A stretch of DNA of 64,000 bases from Candidatus Kaiserbacteria bacterium (GTDB taxonomy: Bacteria > Patescibacteriota > Minisyncoccia > Phycocordibacterales > UBA2100): NCBI GenBank assembly GCA_016214605.1, contig JACROD010000005.1:6108-70107 (forward strand), read 5' to 3'. Below, one piece after another: positions 17,309-29,300 of the stretch (the stretch's first letter is position 1; each line of letters starts with the position of its first letter). The position numbers and the translations under genes were made by a program. The notes below the pieces were generated by a model. It searched no databases. It was not told the origin of the DNA and was given only the letters and a program-made list of their open reading frames with translations.

Positions 17309-20300
17309 TCATTGGCTCGTGCTCGTCGTTGTTGAATCCACAGGAGCGGTCGATGACGAGGTGGAAGTGTCAATGGTCGACGGCGTTGAGGTCGACGTAT
17401 CCGTGGATGATGTGGTCGTATTGATGGTCGTCGTTCCTGAGGCCGTCTCTTCGGCTGGCGACGTGGTCGTCGTCGGATCATAGACGACGACCGTGCGCGT
17501 CGCCGAACCCTGCACACCGCTTGCGTCCGTGGCAAAGTAACGGATCGTATGCGTACCCGTCACACTCGTATCGATATGGATCTGATCGATTGTCGTCGTC
17601 GCTCCCCCATCCACGATCGCACTGATCCCGAGATTGAGCGCGCTCGTCGGACCCGTGATCGTCGCCCCGAGATCACTATATACCGAGCCGACCTGGATCG
17701 AAGCGGGATTGTTGCCGTTGACGGAGATGATCGGCGCCACCGATCCGGTCGCGGTGGTCGCAGTCGGGGTCGTGGCACCCGAGGAGACACCTCCGGTGCT
17801 ACCACCGGTCGCCCCGGCGGCGCCCGAGCCGCCTCCGCCAGAGGCTACGGCGGCCGAAGCGAGAAGCGCTTGGAGCTGCGCCTCGGTCACGCAGGTCGTG
17901 CCGACACACATCTGCTGCACGGCAGTCACTTTCTGCGCGGTGATGTTGTCGGCATAGATCTCCTTGGCAAAGACCTTGTCAAAGGCAGCGAGACTCCCAT
18001 GTACCGCTCCTCCGAGTTCACGCACGCCTGTGCCCGCGATACCAGACACCGAGGCAAGGGCCAAAGAAAGTGTGTCATGGAGCATCTGACTCACTCCAGC
18101 AAACGGACCATCGATGATTGCTGTCTGCGAACTCGTTGCAAAAGTGCTTGAAGCGATCGCCTGTATCGCCGAGACGTTAATATCCTGCAGGTTAACAAAT
18201 GCGAGGATCGCTGTTGAAGTCGCACCAGTCTGATATGCCTGCAACGCAATTGCCACACTCGGATCCATCGGGTCCGCCTTCATACCGACACCCGGTGTCG
18301 AAGTAGAGAGAGCAATGCGATCTCCGATTGCAATCGGACCGTTGTCGAGATTGACTAAGACCGGTACGCGTCCCACGAGCGCCACAGGATAGTGATTGTC
18401 TGTGGTATCGAAGGTACCATCCGGATTGAAGCCAAGTGTGAGACCTGGCGCGGTCGAGACAATGCCTATTATATGATGTTTGGTATCTGTCACTGCTGCT
18501 TTGATCGCCACATTACCTGCTGTCGCAACAATATTGCCCGGAACGAGAGTATCGTGCGATGCGTACATTTCCGCGACGTCAGAGCCACCCGTCGTAGACG
18601 TCACTGAACTAACACGACCAGTCGTCGAGGCGAAACACCACCCATCGCTGTCCACACAAAGACCGCCATTGACGATTGAGACACTCGCGGCGGTGCTACC
18701 ATTTCCGATGATCATATAGTTACTCGCTTGCGCAGCCGTAGCGGCGACACCAGAAGTCGTGAGGAACGTCGTGGTTGAGGTGAAGAATGTGACCGTAGTC
18801 GTACCAGAGTTACTTTGGATTTTCATAGCGGCATTTGCTGCGGTGGCAGATGACGTGGCAATCGTAAGGAGTCCCATCGGTGTCGTCGTGCCGATACCGA
18901 GATTCGTGCCGGTAAACGTGAGCGCCGTCCCGCTCGTGATCCGCGTGCCGTCGAAGAAATTCACGCCGTTGGTGACTTGGGTGCCCGTGGCCGTACCGCC
19001 ATTAGCGATGCCGAGAATACCGGTCAAATAGTTGACACCGATCGACGTGGTGGCGACGACCGCACCGCTTGCATTGGTGCTGAGGATCGCGTTGGCAGGA
19101 CCGATGAGGTAGTTGGTGCCGATCGTAGTGGTGGCGATTGGATTGCCGCTCGCGTCAAAGGCAAAGATGGATGATGCCGGGCCTTTGAGGAGATTCCAGC
19201 CGATTGTGGTAGAAGCAACCACCGAGCCATTCGCATTCGTACTGAGAATACTGTTGGTGATGGAGGTGATCGCAAAGGTGGTGGTGGTAGCTTGCTGGAG
19301 GCTGGCGGTGCCGTTTACGGTGAGATTATTGCCAAATGTTGCGGCGCCGTTGGAATTAATCGCAAGTGCGGCGACGGTCGAGGTGGCGGTCGCGGTCGAG
19401 GTGGCAATATAGAACGAGTTGCTGATACTGCGGAAGGTCCAAGCATTTGAACTTGCAGTGCCGTCAGTGAGTGCGATCTGTGGACCGGTGGACGATGCGA
19501 CGGTCAATTTCCAAAATGGCGTCGTCGTACCGATGCCGACGAGACCGGTGTTGGTGATGCGCATTTGTTCGGTGAGTGATGTCGTTTGCGCTGTTTTGAA
19601 TATCATGGCACCGCCTACGCCCGCGACATCAGTACCCGTGCCGCCGATACCGGCATTGAGCGTGAGCGCACCTCCCGCTCCGCCCGTCCTCGTGCCCGGG
19701 GTCGCGTTGGCATTGGTCGCGGCCCCGCCGGTGCCTGCAGAAAGCGCGACAGCTCCGCCGGCGCCGGCTGTATTTACTCCGGTCGTGTTGCCACTCGCCG
19801 CGCCGCCGGTGCCTGCTGTCCAGGTGAAGGCACTACCCGCACCGCCGGTGTTGTTGCCGGTACCCGCGACGGATGCGGCGCCGCCCACACCGCCGGTCAT
19901 CGTGAAGGTGCCGCCGGCGCCGCCGGTAGAGAGCACATCGGCTGCGGTGGCGGTGCCGCCGGCCCCCATTGAAAAGGTGTGCCCGCCACCCGCGCCGCCG
20001 GTGGCGGTGCCCGTGTTGGTATTGGTACCGCCGGCGCCGGTCGTCAGCGTGAGGAGACCGCCCGCGAGAGTACTCGACGCACTCGCGGCGCCCGTGGTGA
20101 GTGTGATCGCGCCACCGGCGTTTTGTCCTTTTGACGCGCCTGCAGTAACTGTGACGGCACCACCGGCACGGGCTACACTGTTGTCACCAGCTGCCGCACC
20201 GGCAGTAAGGGTCAGCGCGCCGCCGGCGCCGCCACTTCCTATGGACGTACCCACATCACCAAGGATGGATACTCCACCGCCGGCAGAGCTGGTGGCCGCA

Positions 20301-23300
20301 GCGGCGGTTCCTCCACTGATAGTGAGGAGACCACCACTGCCACCCGTGTCAGTACCTGCACCACCGGCGCCAGCGTTGATAGTGACCGCACCGCCTGCAC
20401 CGCCGGTACGTGTGCCTGGTGTCCCGTTGGCGTTGGTAGCGGCACCGCCGGTGCCGGCTGTCCAGGTAAATGCTCCTCCGATGCCGCCGGTGTTGTTGCC
20501 GGTCGTGTTGCCGTTGGCAGCACCGCCGGTGCCTCCTGTCCAGGTGAAGGGGCTGCCCGCGCCACCGGTGTTGTTGCCGGTACCGGCGACGGAGGCCGCG
20601 CCGCCGACGCCGCCGGTCATGGTGAAGGTGCCGCCGGTGCCGCCGGTGGAGAGGACGTCGGCTGCGGTGGCGGTGCCGCCGGTACCCAGCGTGAATGCAA
20701 ATCCACTGCCGGTGCCGCCCAGGGCTGTACCGGTATTCGTATTGGTGCCGCCCAATCCACCCGTGAGAGAGATTGCACCGCCGGCAAGCGTACTTGATGC
20801 ACTCGAAGCACCGGCAGTGAGTGTGATGGCACCACCTGCATTATTTCCCTTCGATGCTCCGGCAGTGATCGCGATGGCGCCGCCAGCACGAGCCACGCTG
20901 TTATCTCCGCCTGCCAATCCGCCCGTGAGGGTGATCGCGCCGCCGGCGCCGCCCGAGCCGGTCGTGCCGCCGGCCGCACCGGTGATAGTAACGGCGCCGC
21001 CGGCAGAGCTCGTGGCCGCGGCAGCAAGACCGCTGGAGAGCGAGAGGCCGCCGCCGTTGCCGCCTGTGTCAGTACCAACGCCGCCGGCGCCGGCACGTAG
21101 TGTGATCGCACCGCCGACGCCGCCGGTGCGTGTGCCCGGTGTCCCATTGGCGTTGGTAGCAGCACCGCCGGTGCCGGCTACCCAGGTGAAAGCACCGCCG
21201 GTGCCGCCGGTGTTGTTGCCGGTCGTATCCCCATTGGCCGCGCCGCCGATACCGCCTGTCCAGGTGAAGGCACTGCCCGCGCCGCCGGTATTGTTGCCGG
21301 TACCGGCGACGGAGGCCGCGCCGCCGACGCCGCCGGTCATGGTGAAGGTGCCGCCGGTGCCGCCGGTGGAGAGGACGTCGGCTGCGGTGGCGGTGCCGCC
21401 GGTGCCGAGGGTGAGCGTGAGCGCACTGCCGGCGCCGCCGGTGCGCGTGCCTGTGTCGGTAGTCACACCACCCGTGATGCCTGCGATGTTCAAGATCGAA
21501 GTCGCTGCCGTACCGTTGCCCGATGACGCCGATGTCGGCTGTGTACCCGAGACATGGAGCATTGAGGTGGGTGCCGTGATGCCGATACCGACGAGATTGG
21601 TCGGCAAGATGCGCATCGCTTCGCCGAGACTACCTGCATTGAGGGTGAGGAATGCGAGCGCACCCGATGAAGCACCTGCGGTATGCGCGGTGTTGATGCC
21701 GACGATTTGTGCAGAAGAAGTGGCTCCGCCATTGGTCAGATCCTGTGTGCGGAATGCGAGTGTCGAGAAATTGTTGGCGGTCGTATTGCGGTTGCTGATC
21801 GAAAGCGTCGTGCCAGACGTGAAGGTGTTGAGTGTCGTACCCGCATCAGAGCCGGAGATTTCGATCGCGGAGTTGGGGCTTGTGGTGCCGATACCAAATC
21901 TGTTGTTCGTGTCATCCCAGAAGAAGTTGCTGTTATCCTGCGTAAGCGAAGTGCCATTGGAGAATATCACCGAGCCGGCGGTGTATGCAGAGGAGTTGTT
22001 GGTACCGCCATTGGCAATGGCGAGTACACCGGTCAGATAATTGGTGCCGATGGATGTCGTCGCAACAACTTGGCCGCTACTATTCGTAGAGAGTATCGCG
22101 TTGGTGATACTGGGAATATTAAGGATGCCGAGCGAAGCTGTCTGCGCGAAGAGATTGGTCGATGATGCCGTCGTAGAGAAGAGATTCGTGGTGGTGGCAT
22201 TGCCCAAGATCGTGAGGCCGGTGGCAGTAAAATTGGTCGTGCTCGCTCCCCCGTTCATACTGAAGAGTCCTGAGGTGATCGTGCTAGATGCGGTGGAAAG
22301 GAAGCCGCCGGAGAGAGTCGCGAGGCCGGTGTCTCCCGCGATCGAGAAAAGCGAGGTGCCGGTCGAGCTTGCGATGACGAAAAGCGGATTGGTCTGGCCT
22401 GCCGTGCCCGCGAGCGAGAGACTGCCCCATGGCGTGGTGGTGCCGACGCCGACGTTGCCACCCATGAAGAGACCGGCGATCGGTGTGGTGGCGCTCGATG
22501 ATGCGACATACGAGAAGATGCCGCCGGTGGAGTAGATGCCTCCCGCACCGGCGTTGAAAGTATCGGCAAAGATATGACCCTGCGAGGTGAGATCGTTGCG
22601 CAGTTGCAAAGAGCCCGCGTCGAGCGTACCCACAGCCAGCGATTGCAGATCGGCACCGGTGATGTCGTGTACGACAAGGTCATTGCCCGAGATGCTCGAC
22701 AGCCCGACGAATGCGCTATGACCGGAGACAACGAGACCTTGGACGTTGGCATTTTCGTCAACACCGCCGACGGCAATCGGATTGTATGGATCGGATATGT
22801 CGTACACGCGGAAGTCGCAGCCGGTGATCGTTGTTGAGTTGCACGAACCAGCGAGCGAGCTTACACCGAGATACATATATCGTCCCGAGACTTGGACAGT
22901 CTGCGCAGCAGCGGCACTGATGACCGAGGTGGTGGCGATCGCGGTCGGGTTGGAAACATCGTAGATGATGAGGTTGCCCGTGACGCCGCCCGTGTCTTTG
23001 CCTACGTAGGCATAATTGCCCGAGACGGCGATGGCGCGGCCGTTGGTGCCGAGGTCCATACCGCCGACAGTGACGGGGGCAGCGGGATTGGAGATGTCCA
23101 CGATGATAAAGTCGTTGCCGGTAACACTTCCTTGGGCGATATACGCATAATTACCCTGTACGCGCAGACCAATACCGGCAGTACCCAAATCGAGCCCGCC
23201 CACCGTTACCGGATTGGTCGGATCCGAGATGTCGATGATACGGAAGTCGTTGCCGGAAACAGAGTTCAAAGTCACGTACGCATAATGCCCCGAAACGACC

Positions 23301-26300
23301 ACGTTAATACCGGAAATAGCAAAGTTGAGACCGCCTTTGAACAGGGGTGCGGATGGATTGGAGATATCGTAAATGCGGAATTCGCAACCGGTGGCGGTGG
23401 TCGAGTTGCAGGTGCCGGCTACCGTGCTGACCGTTACGTATGCATATTGCCCCGCTACCGCGATACCGTTGCCATGCGCGGTCGCCGTCGGTCCGAAGTC
23501 GGCACCGCCGAGGAAACGCGGCGTGCCCGTAGCTATATCAAAGATGCGGAGTTCGCAATCTGACATATCGCTCGTGGAGCAGCCGGTATTGGCGGTCGTG
23601 GAGGCGGTGACCAGGTAGAGGGTGTTGCCGACGACCGTCATATCCTGCCCGCCAAAGAGTGACTCCCCCACCCCGATCCCGAGATCGACGCCGCCGAGGA
23701 GCGCGGGATTGTACAGCTGCCCTGAATTACCGCTGCCGCCCGTCTGGAAGATATTGCCACCCATCACGGTGAGCCGCTCCTGCGGAGAGGTCGTACCGAC
23801 GCCAAGGTTTGTGCCGTCGAAAGTGAGCGCTGTACCGCTCGTAATGCGTGTCCCATCAAAGAAGTTCACACCATTCGTCACCTGCGTACCGGTCGCTGTT
23901 CCCCCGTTGGCGATCGGGAGGATACCACTGAGATAGTTCACGCCGATCGAGGTAGTGGCGATCACCATGCCGTTTGCATCGGTGGCAAGAAGTTTGCTGG
24001 TGGTGGCTTTGAGGTTAAGTGTGCCCAGTGATGCAAGCTGCGAGAAGAGATTCGTGGAGCTGGCGGTGGTGCTGAAGAGATTGGTCGTGGTGGCATTGCC
24101 CAAGATCACAAGACCGGTGGCAGTGAAGTTGGTGGTGCTCGCTCCCCCGTTGGCTGAGAAGAGACCGCTTGTGATGGTCGAGGATGCGGTACTGATGAAG
24201 CCACCGAGGGTCGAGAGACCGGTGACGCCAAGCGTGCCGCCCGTGGAGATGTTTGAGGCAGCAAAGGTCGTGCCGTTCCAGGTGATGGCGGTGCCGGAGG
24301 TGATGCGCGTACCGTCGAAGAAGTTCACACCGTTGGTGACCTGTGTGCCGGTCGCGGTGCCGCCGTTGGCGATCGGGAGGATGCCGGAGAGATAATTCAC
24401 ACCCACGGAAGTGGTGCCCACGACATTACCGGAGGAATCGGTGGAAAGCAGGAGATTGTTACCTCCCTTGAGGTAGTTGAGACCGATGGTGGAGGTGGCC
24501 GTCGGGTTGCCCGAAGAGTCGAAGGCGAAGATGGATGATGCCGGGCCTTTGAGGAGATTCCAGCCGATGGTGGTGGTGGAGACGATCTTCTTGTTGGCAT
24601 CAAGCGCAAGAAGCGTTGACGCGGTGAGATTGGTGAGCCAGGTCGATCCGGAGAAGGTGGCGAGAGTCGTGCTGGATTGAGCGATGTTGAGCGGTGCCGA
24701 GAAGGTGGACGATGCATTGGCGACGATGTTGCCGTCAAAGGTGGAAAGACCCTGCGAAGTAAAGCCACTCGCAAACGTGGCCAGGTCATTGACGAAAAAT
24801 GAGGAGCTCGGGGTATACGTAAGGCCTCCATCACTGGTGAATTTGGTACCATCGAAGTACATGACGCCATTGGTCGTGCCGCCGGTGGAGTTGTTGGTGC
24901 CTCCATTGGCGATCGGGAGAATGCCAGTGAGGTAGTTGACACCAATCGACGTGGTAGCAATCACCATGCCGTTTGCATCGGTGGCAAGGAGCTTGCTTGT
25001 GGTCGCGCGGAGATTGAGTATGCCGAGGCTTGCGGTCTGCGAGAAGAGATTGGTGGAGGATGCGGTCGTACTGAAGAGATTGGTCGATGTCGCACCATTC
25101 TGGCCGATGAGGAATACCGTACTCGATGAGTTGTTGACTGCCTCAAAGAGATTGGCAGTACCCCAGGTGGTGAGCTTGCTGTATGGAGTGGTAGTGCCGA
25201 TGCCGATGTTGCCACTTGATACAGTTGAGCCGGTACCGGTAATACCGGTGCCGTAGATGATATTGCCAATGTTGAGTTGGCCGCTGGCTGTCGCACTCGG
25301 AAACGAGATATTATTGCCGATGAGGATGTTTTGCGATCCCGTGGTGAGGTTGGCTATTGCGGCCGAGGAGGTGGCGGTACCGATCCAGATGTTGTTGCTC
25401 CCGGTCGTGATGCCGCGACCGGATTGATAGCCGAAGAGCGTGTTGAAATCGGAGTTGGTCTGGGCACCATACCCGGCAAGATAACCGACGTACGTGCCTC
25501 CTTGGTTATTGAAGTTGGCAGCCGCATTGCCAGCACTCGATCCTATCGCGACAGAACTGGTCGCGGAGATATTGAGTCTCGATGCATTCGCGCCGATCGC
25601 GACGTTGTCAGAACCGGTAGTATTCAGGCGCAAAGATTCATTTCCCATCGCCGTATTTGAACTGCCGGTCGTGAGTGCATTCATCGCGGCACGTCCCATA
25701 GCGTTATTAAAATCGCCTGTCGTGATTGCACTCAGTGCGAACGTCCCGAGTCCGTAGTTTTGCAAACCAGTCGTACTCGTGTTACCTGCAGATTGGCCGA
25801 TGAAAAAAGAATTGAGTGTCGAGGATGCTTGCAAGATCAGATTACCGTCGATCTTGTACCCGCCCGTCGTGCCGGAGGTGTTGTAAAATCCGGAAGCGTA
25901 TACATCGCCTGCAACGGATAACAAGGAGCCGGGTGTGCTGGTCCCGATCCCCACATTGCCACTTCCCTGTTGCAAGACGAATTGGCTGGTACCGATGGTG
26001 AAGCCTTGGCCGGCGGCGATGGTGGATGTGCCACTCGTCTGCGTGCTGTTGAAGAGTGGCGCGCCAAAGGTCGTGCCGTTGAAAGTAAGCGCAGTACCGC
26101 TCGTGATCCGCGTACCGTCGAAGAAGTTCACACCATTCGTCACCTGCGTACCGGTCGCTGTTCCCCCATTGGCGATCGGCAAGATACCACTCAAGTAGTT
26201 GACGCCGATACTTGAGGTCGCGACGACGCTGCCATTTGCATTGGTCGAGAGGATCGCCGACGCGAGATTGGTGATGGCAAAGTTGGTGGTGGTCGCACCA

Positions 26301-29300
26301 TTCTGTCCGATCGAGAAGACGGTCGATGAGCTGTTGGTGACGGCTTCGAATAAGGAGCCGGTGCCCCAGGTGGTGAGCTTGCTGTATGGCGTGCTGGTGC
26401 CGATGGCGATATTGCCGGTCGATATCGTCGCCCCCGTACCAGAGAGGCCGGTGCCATAGATCAAGTTGCCGATGACGAGCTGATTGGACGCGGTCGCGCT
26501 CGGGACGGCCACGTCATTGCCGATCGCGATATTGTTGCTTCCGGTGGTGACCTGATCGCGTGAAGCGGTGATGGTGGACTGGCCGAGGAGGACGTTGCGG
26601 GCGCCGGTAGTAATGGCGTAGCCGGATTGATAGCCGAGGAGGGTGTTGTAGTCGGAGCCGGTGGTGAATCCTCGCCCTGCAGAAAAGCCAATGACCGTAC
26701 CCCCTTGATTACTATAGTTGGCGGTGCCGATCGCGGCTGAAGACCCGATAGCGACGGTACTGGTGGCTGACTGATTGAAATTGGAAGCCGAAGAACCGAC
26801 AGCGACGTTGCTGCTACCTGTAGTATTGGAAAGAAGAGCATTATAGCCACTGGCAGTATTGGAACTGCCGGTAGTGTTGAAGATGAGGGATCGCGCACCC
26901 AGAGCGGTGTTGGAACCGCCAGTGGTGTTGGACTGGAGCGTACTGTTGCCGCTCGCGGTGTTATTGGTACCTGTCGTATTAGAAAAGAGAGCGAGATAAC
27001 CGGTCGCAGTATTGATCTGACCTGTGGTATTGGAACTGAGCGCGTTGTATCCGACCGCGGTATTTGCTATCGCTGTGCCCGAAGTCGGCGTCGTGCCGAG
27101 CGCACCTTGACCGATGGCGACAGAAAGCCAGCTTGTCGAGGATGCACTCATCCAAGCGGCTGCAGCAGATGCACCGACAGCAAGAGATGTATTCGTCGTA
27201 CTCGCATACAGTACTGTGTTTCCGGCCTGCTTGTATCCTCCCGTTGTACCATCTGTGTTGATGAAGCCATTGACGTCGAGCGAGTAGCTCGGGGTGGTGT
27301 CATTGATACCGAGATTGGTCCCATCAAACGTAAGCGCTGTGCCGGATGTGATCCGCGTACCATCGAAGAAGTTCACGCCGTTGGTGACTTGGGTGCCGGT
27401 CGCGGTGCCGCCATTGGCGATTGGGAGAATGCCGGAGAGGTAATTGACCCCGATCGAGGTGGTCGCGATCACCATACCGTTTGCATCAGTGGCAAGGAGC
27501 TTGCTTGTGGTCGCCTTGAGCGCGAGCGTGTTCCAGATATTGGCCGAGGCAAGCTGTGATGTGGAGGATGCATAGAAGCCCATCTGATACCAGGTCGGTG
27601 TGGTAGTGGCGTTGGTCGATGTACCAAAGGTGGTGGCTATGGTCCAAGGCCAAGAGGTTCCGCTTGATGGCCAGGTGGTGCGGCACGTATCGCCGGTGAA
27701 GCAGATGGTGGTCGCTGCAAAGTTGGTCGAGGTAGCACCATTCTGACCGATGAGGAATACTGTACTCGATGAGTTGTTGACCGCCTCGAAGAGATTGGCA
27801 GTGCCCCAAGTGGTGAGCTTGCTGTATGGCGTGCTGGTGCCGATGGCGATATTGCCGGTCGATATCGTCGCCCCCGTACCAGAGAGGCCGGTGCCATAGA
27901 TCAAGTTGCCGATGACGAGCTGGTTGGAGAGTGTGGAGGATGCAATGGCCACGTCATTGCCGATGGCGATGTTATTGGAGCCTGTGGTGACTTGGTTTTG
28001 TGAGGCGGCGATGGTGGACTGGCCGAGGAGGACGTTGCGGGCACCGGTGGTGATGCCGTAGCCGGATTGGTAACCGAGGAGGGTGTTGTAATCGCTTCCG
28101 GTGGCGAAGTTGAAGCCGGCTTGCATGCCGACGACGGTGCCGCCCTGATTGGAGTAGTTGCCGTTGCCCTGGCCGGCATACGCACCGAAGGCAGTGGTGC
28201 TGGTGGCAGACCCGTTGTAGAACAGAGCATAGTAGCCATTGGCGGAGTTATTGGAGCCGGTGGTGTTATTGAAGAGCGCGTTGCTGCCGTTGGCGGTGTT
28301 GTACGAGCCGATATTTTTGTTCAGAGCATTCGTGCCGATGGCGGTATTCACGACACCGGTGGTATTAGAGGTGAGCGCATAGTAACCGATTGCAGTGTTG
28401 CCATAACCGATTGTATTGGCGGATAGACTTTGGATACCGATTGAGGTGTTTAATTGGCCGTTAGAACCGAGATGATCCGTGGGGATCGTTGCGAGCGCAC
28501 CGGAGCCGATGGCAATGTCATTCCAACTTGTCGACGACGCACTCATCCATGCGGCGGCTGCTGATGCACCAACAGCGAGAGATGTGTTGGTCGTGCTCGC
28601 ATACAGCACCGTATTCCCCGCCTGTTTGTATCCGCCCGTCGTGCCGTCGGTGTTGACGAAACCATTCACATCGAGAGTGTACGTAGGTGCCGTGAGCGAA
28701 CCGACGCCGAGCTTGCCCGCAAAGATCGAGTTGGCGGTCGAGGAAGTCGCGAGATACGCCGCGGCGGTCGGTGTCGATGTGGAAACGATGCGCGTACCGT
28801 CGAAAGCAGTAAGCATATGACTGCCGATCGAGCTTGCATTAGTGCCGCCATTCGCAATGCCGAGAATGCCCGAGAGGTAATTGACCCCGATACTCGTGGT
28901 CGCCGTCGGATTGCCCGAAGAGTCGAACGCAAAAATGGATGATGCCGGGCCCTTGAGGAGGTTCCAGCCGATTGAGGTGGTGGCGACGAGCTTTTGATTG
29001 GCGTCGAGCGCGAGAAGACTGCTTGCGGCGATACCAGTAAACCAGGTGTTGTTGGTGAATGTGGCGAGGCTCGTGGTGCTCTGGGAGAGATTGAGAAGCG
29101 CCGAGAAGGTCGAGGAAGCTTGCGCGATGAGACCGCCGGTAAAGGTGGAGGCGGTCGATGAAGTGGCGTTGAAGTACTGAGCTGATACGGCACCTTGGAC
29201 GTTGAGCTTGTCGGTCGGAGCACTGTTGCCGAGGCCGAGCTTGCCGTCTGCAGTGAGGACGGTCGAGAGCACACCATTGGCATCATAGATATCGATCAGG

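Noticed and set aside
19419-22040. 873-aa proline/alanine-rich ORF on the plus strand.
   Set aside because: It is exactly antisense to the Gly-rich triplicated module of the giant gene. GGN/GCC codons on the coding strand give CCN/GGC on the opposite strand. It has no start context and is a compositional artefact.
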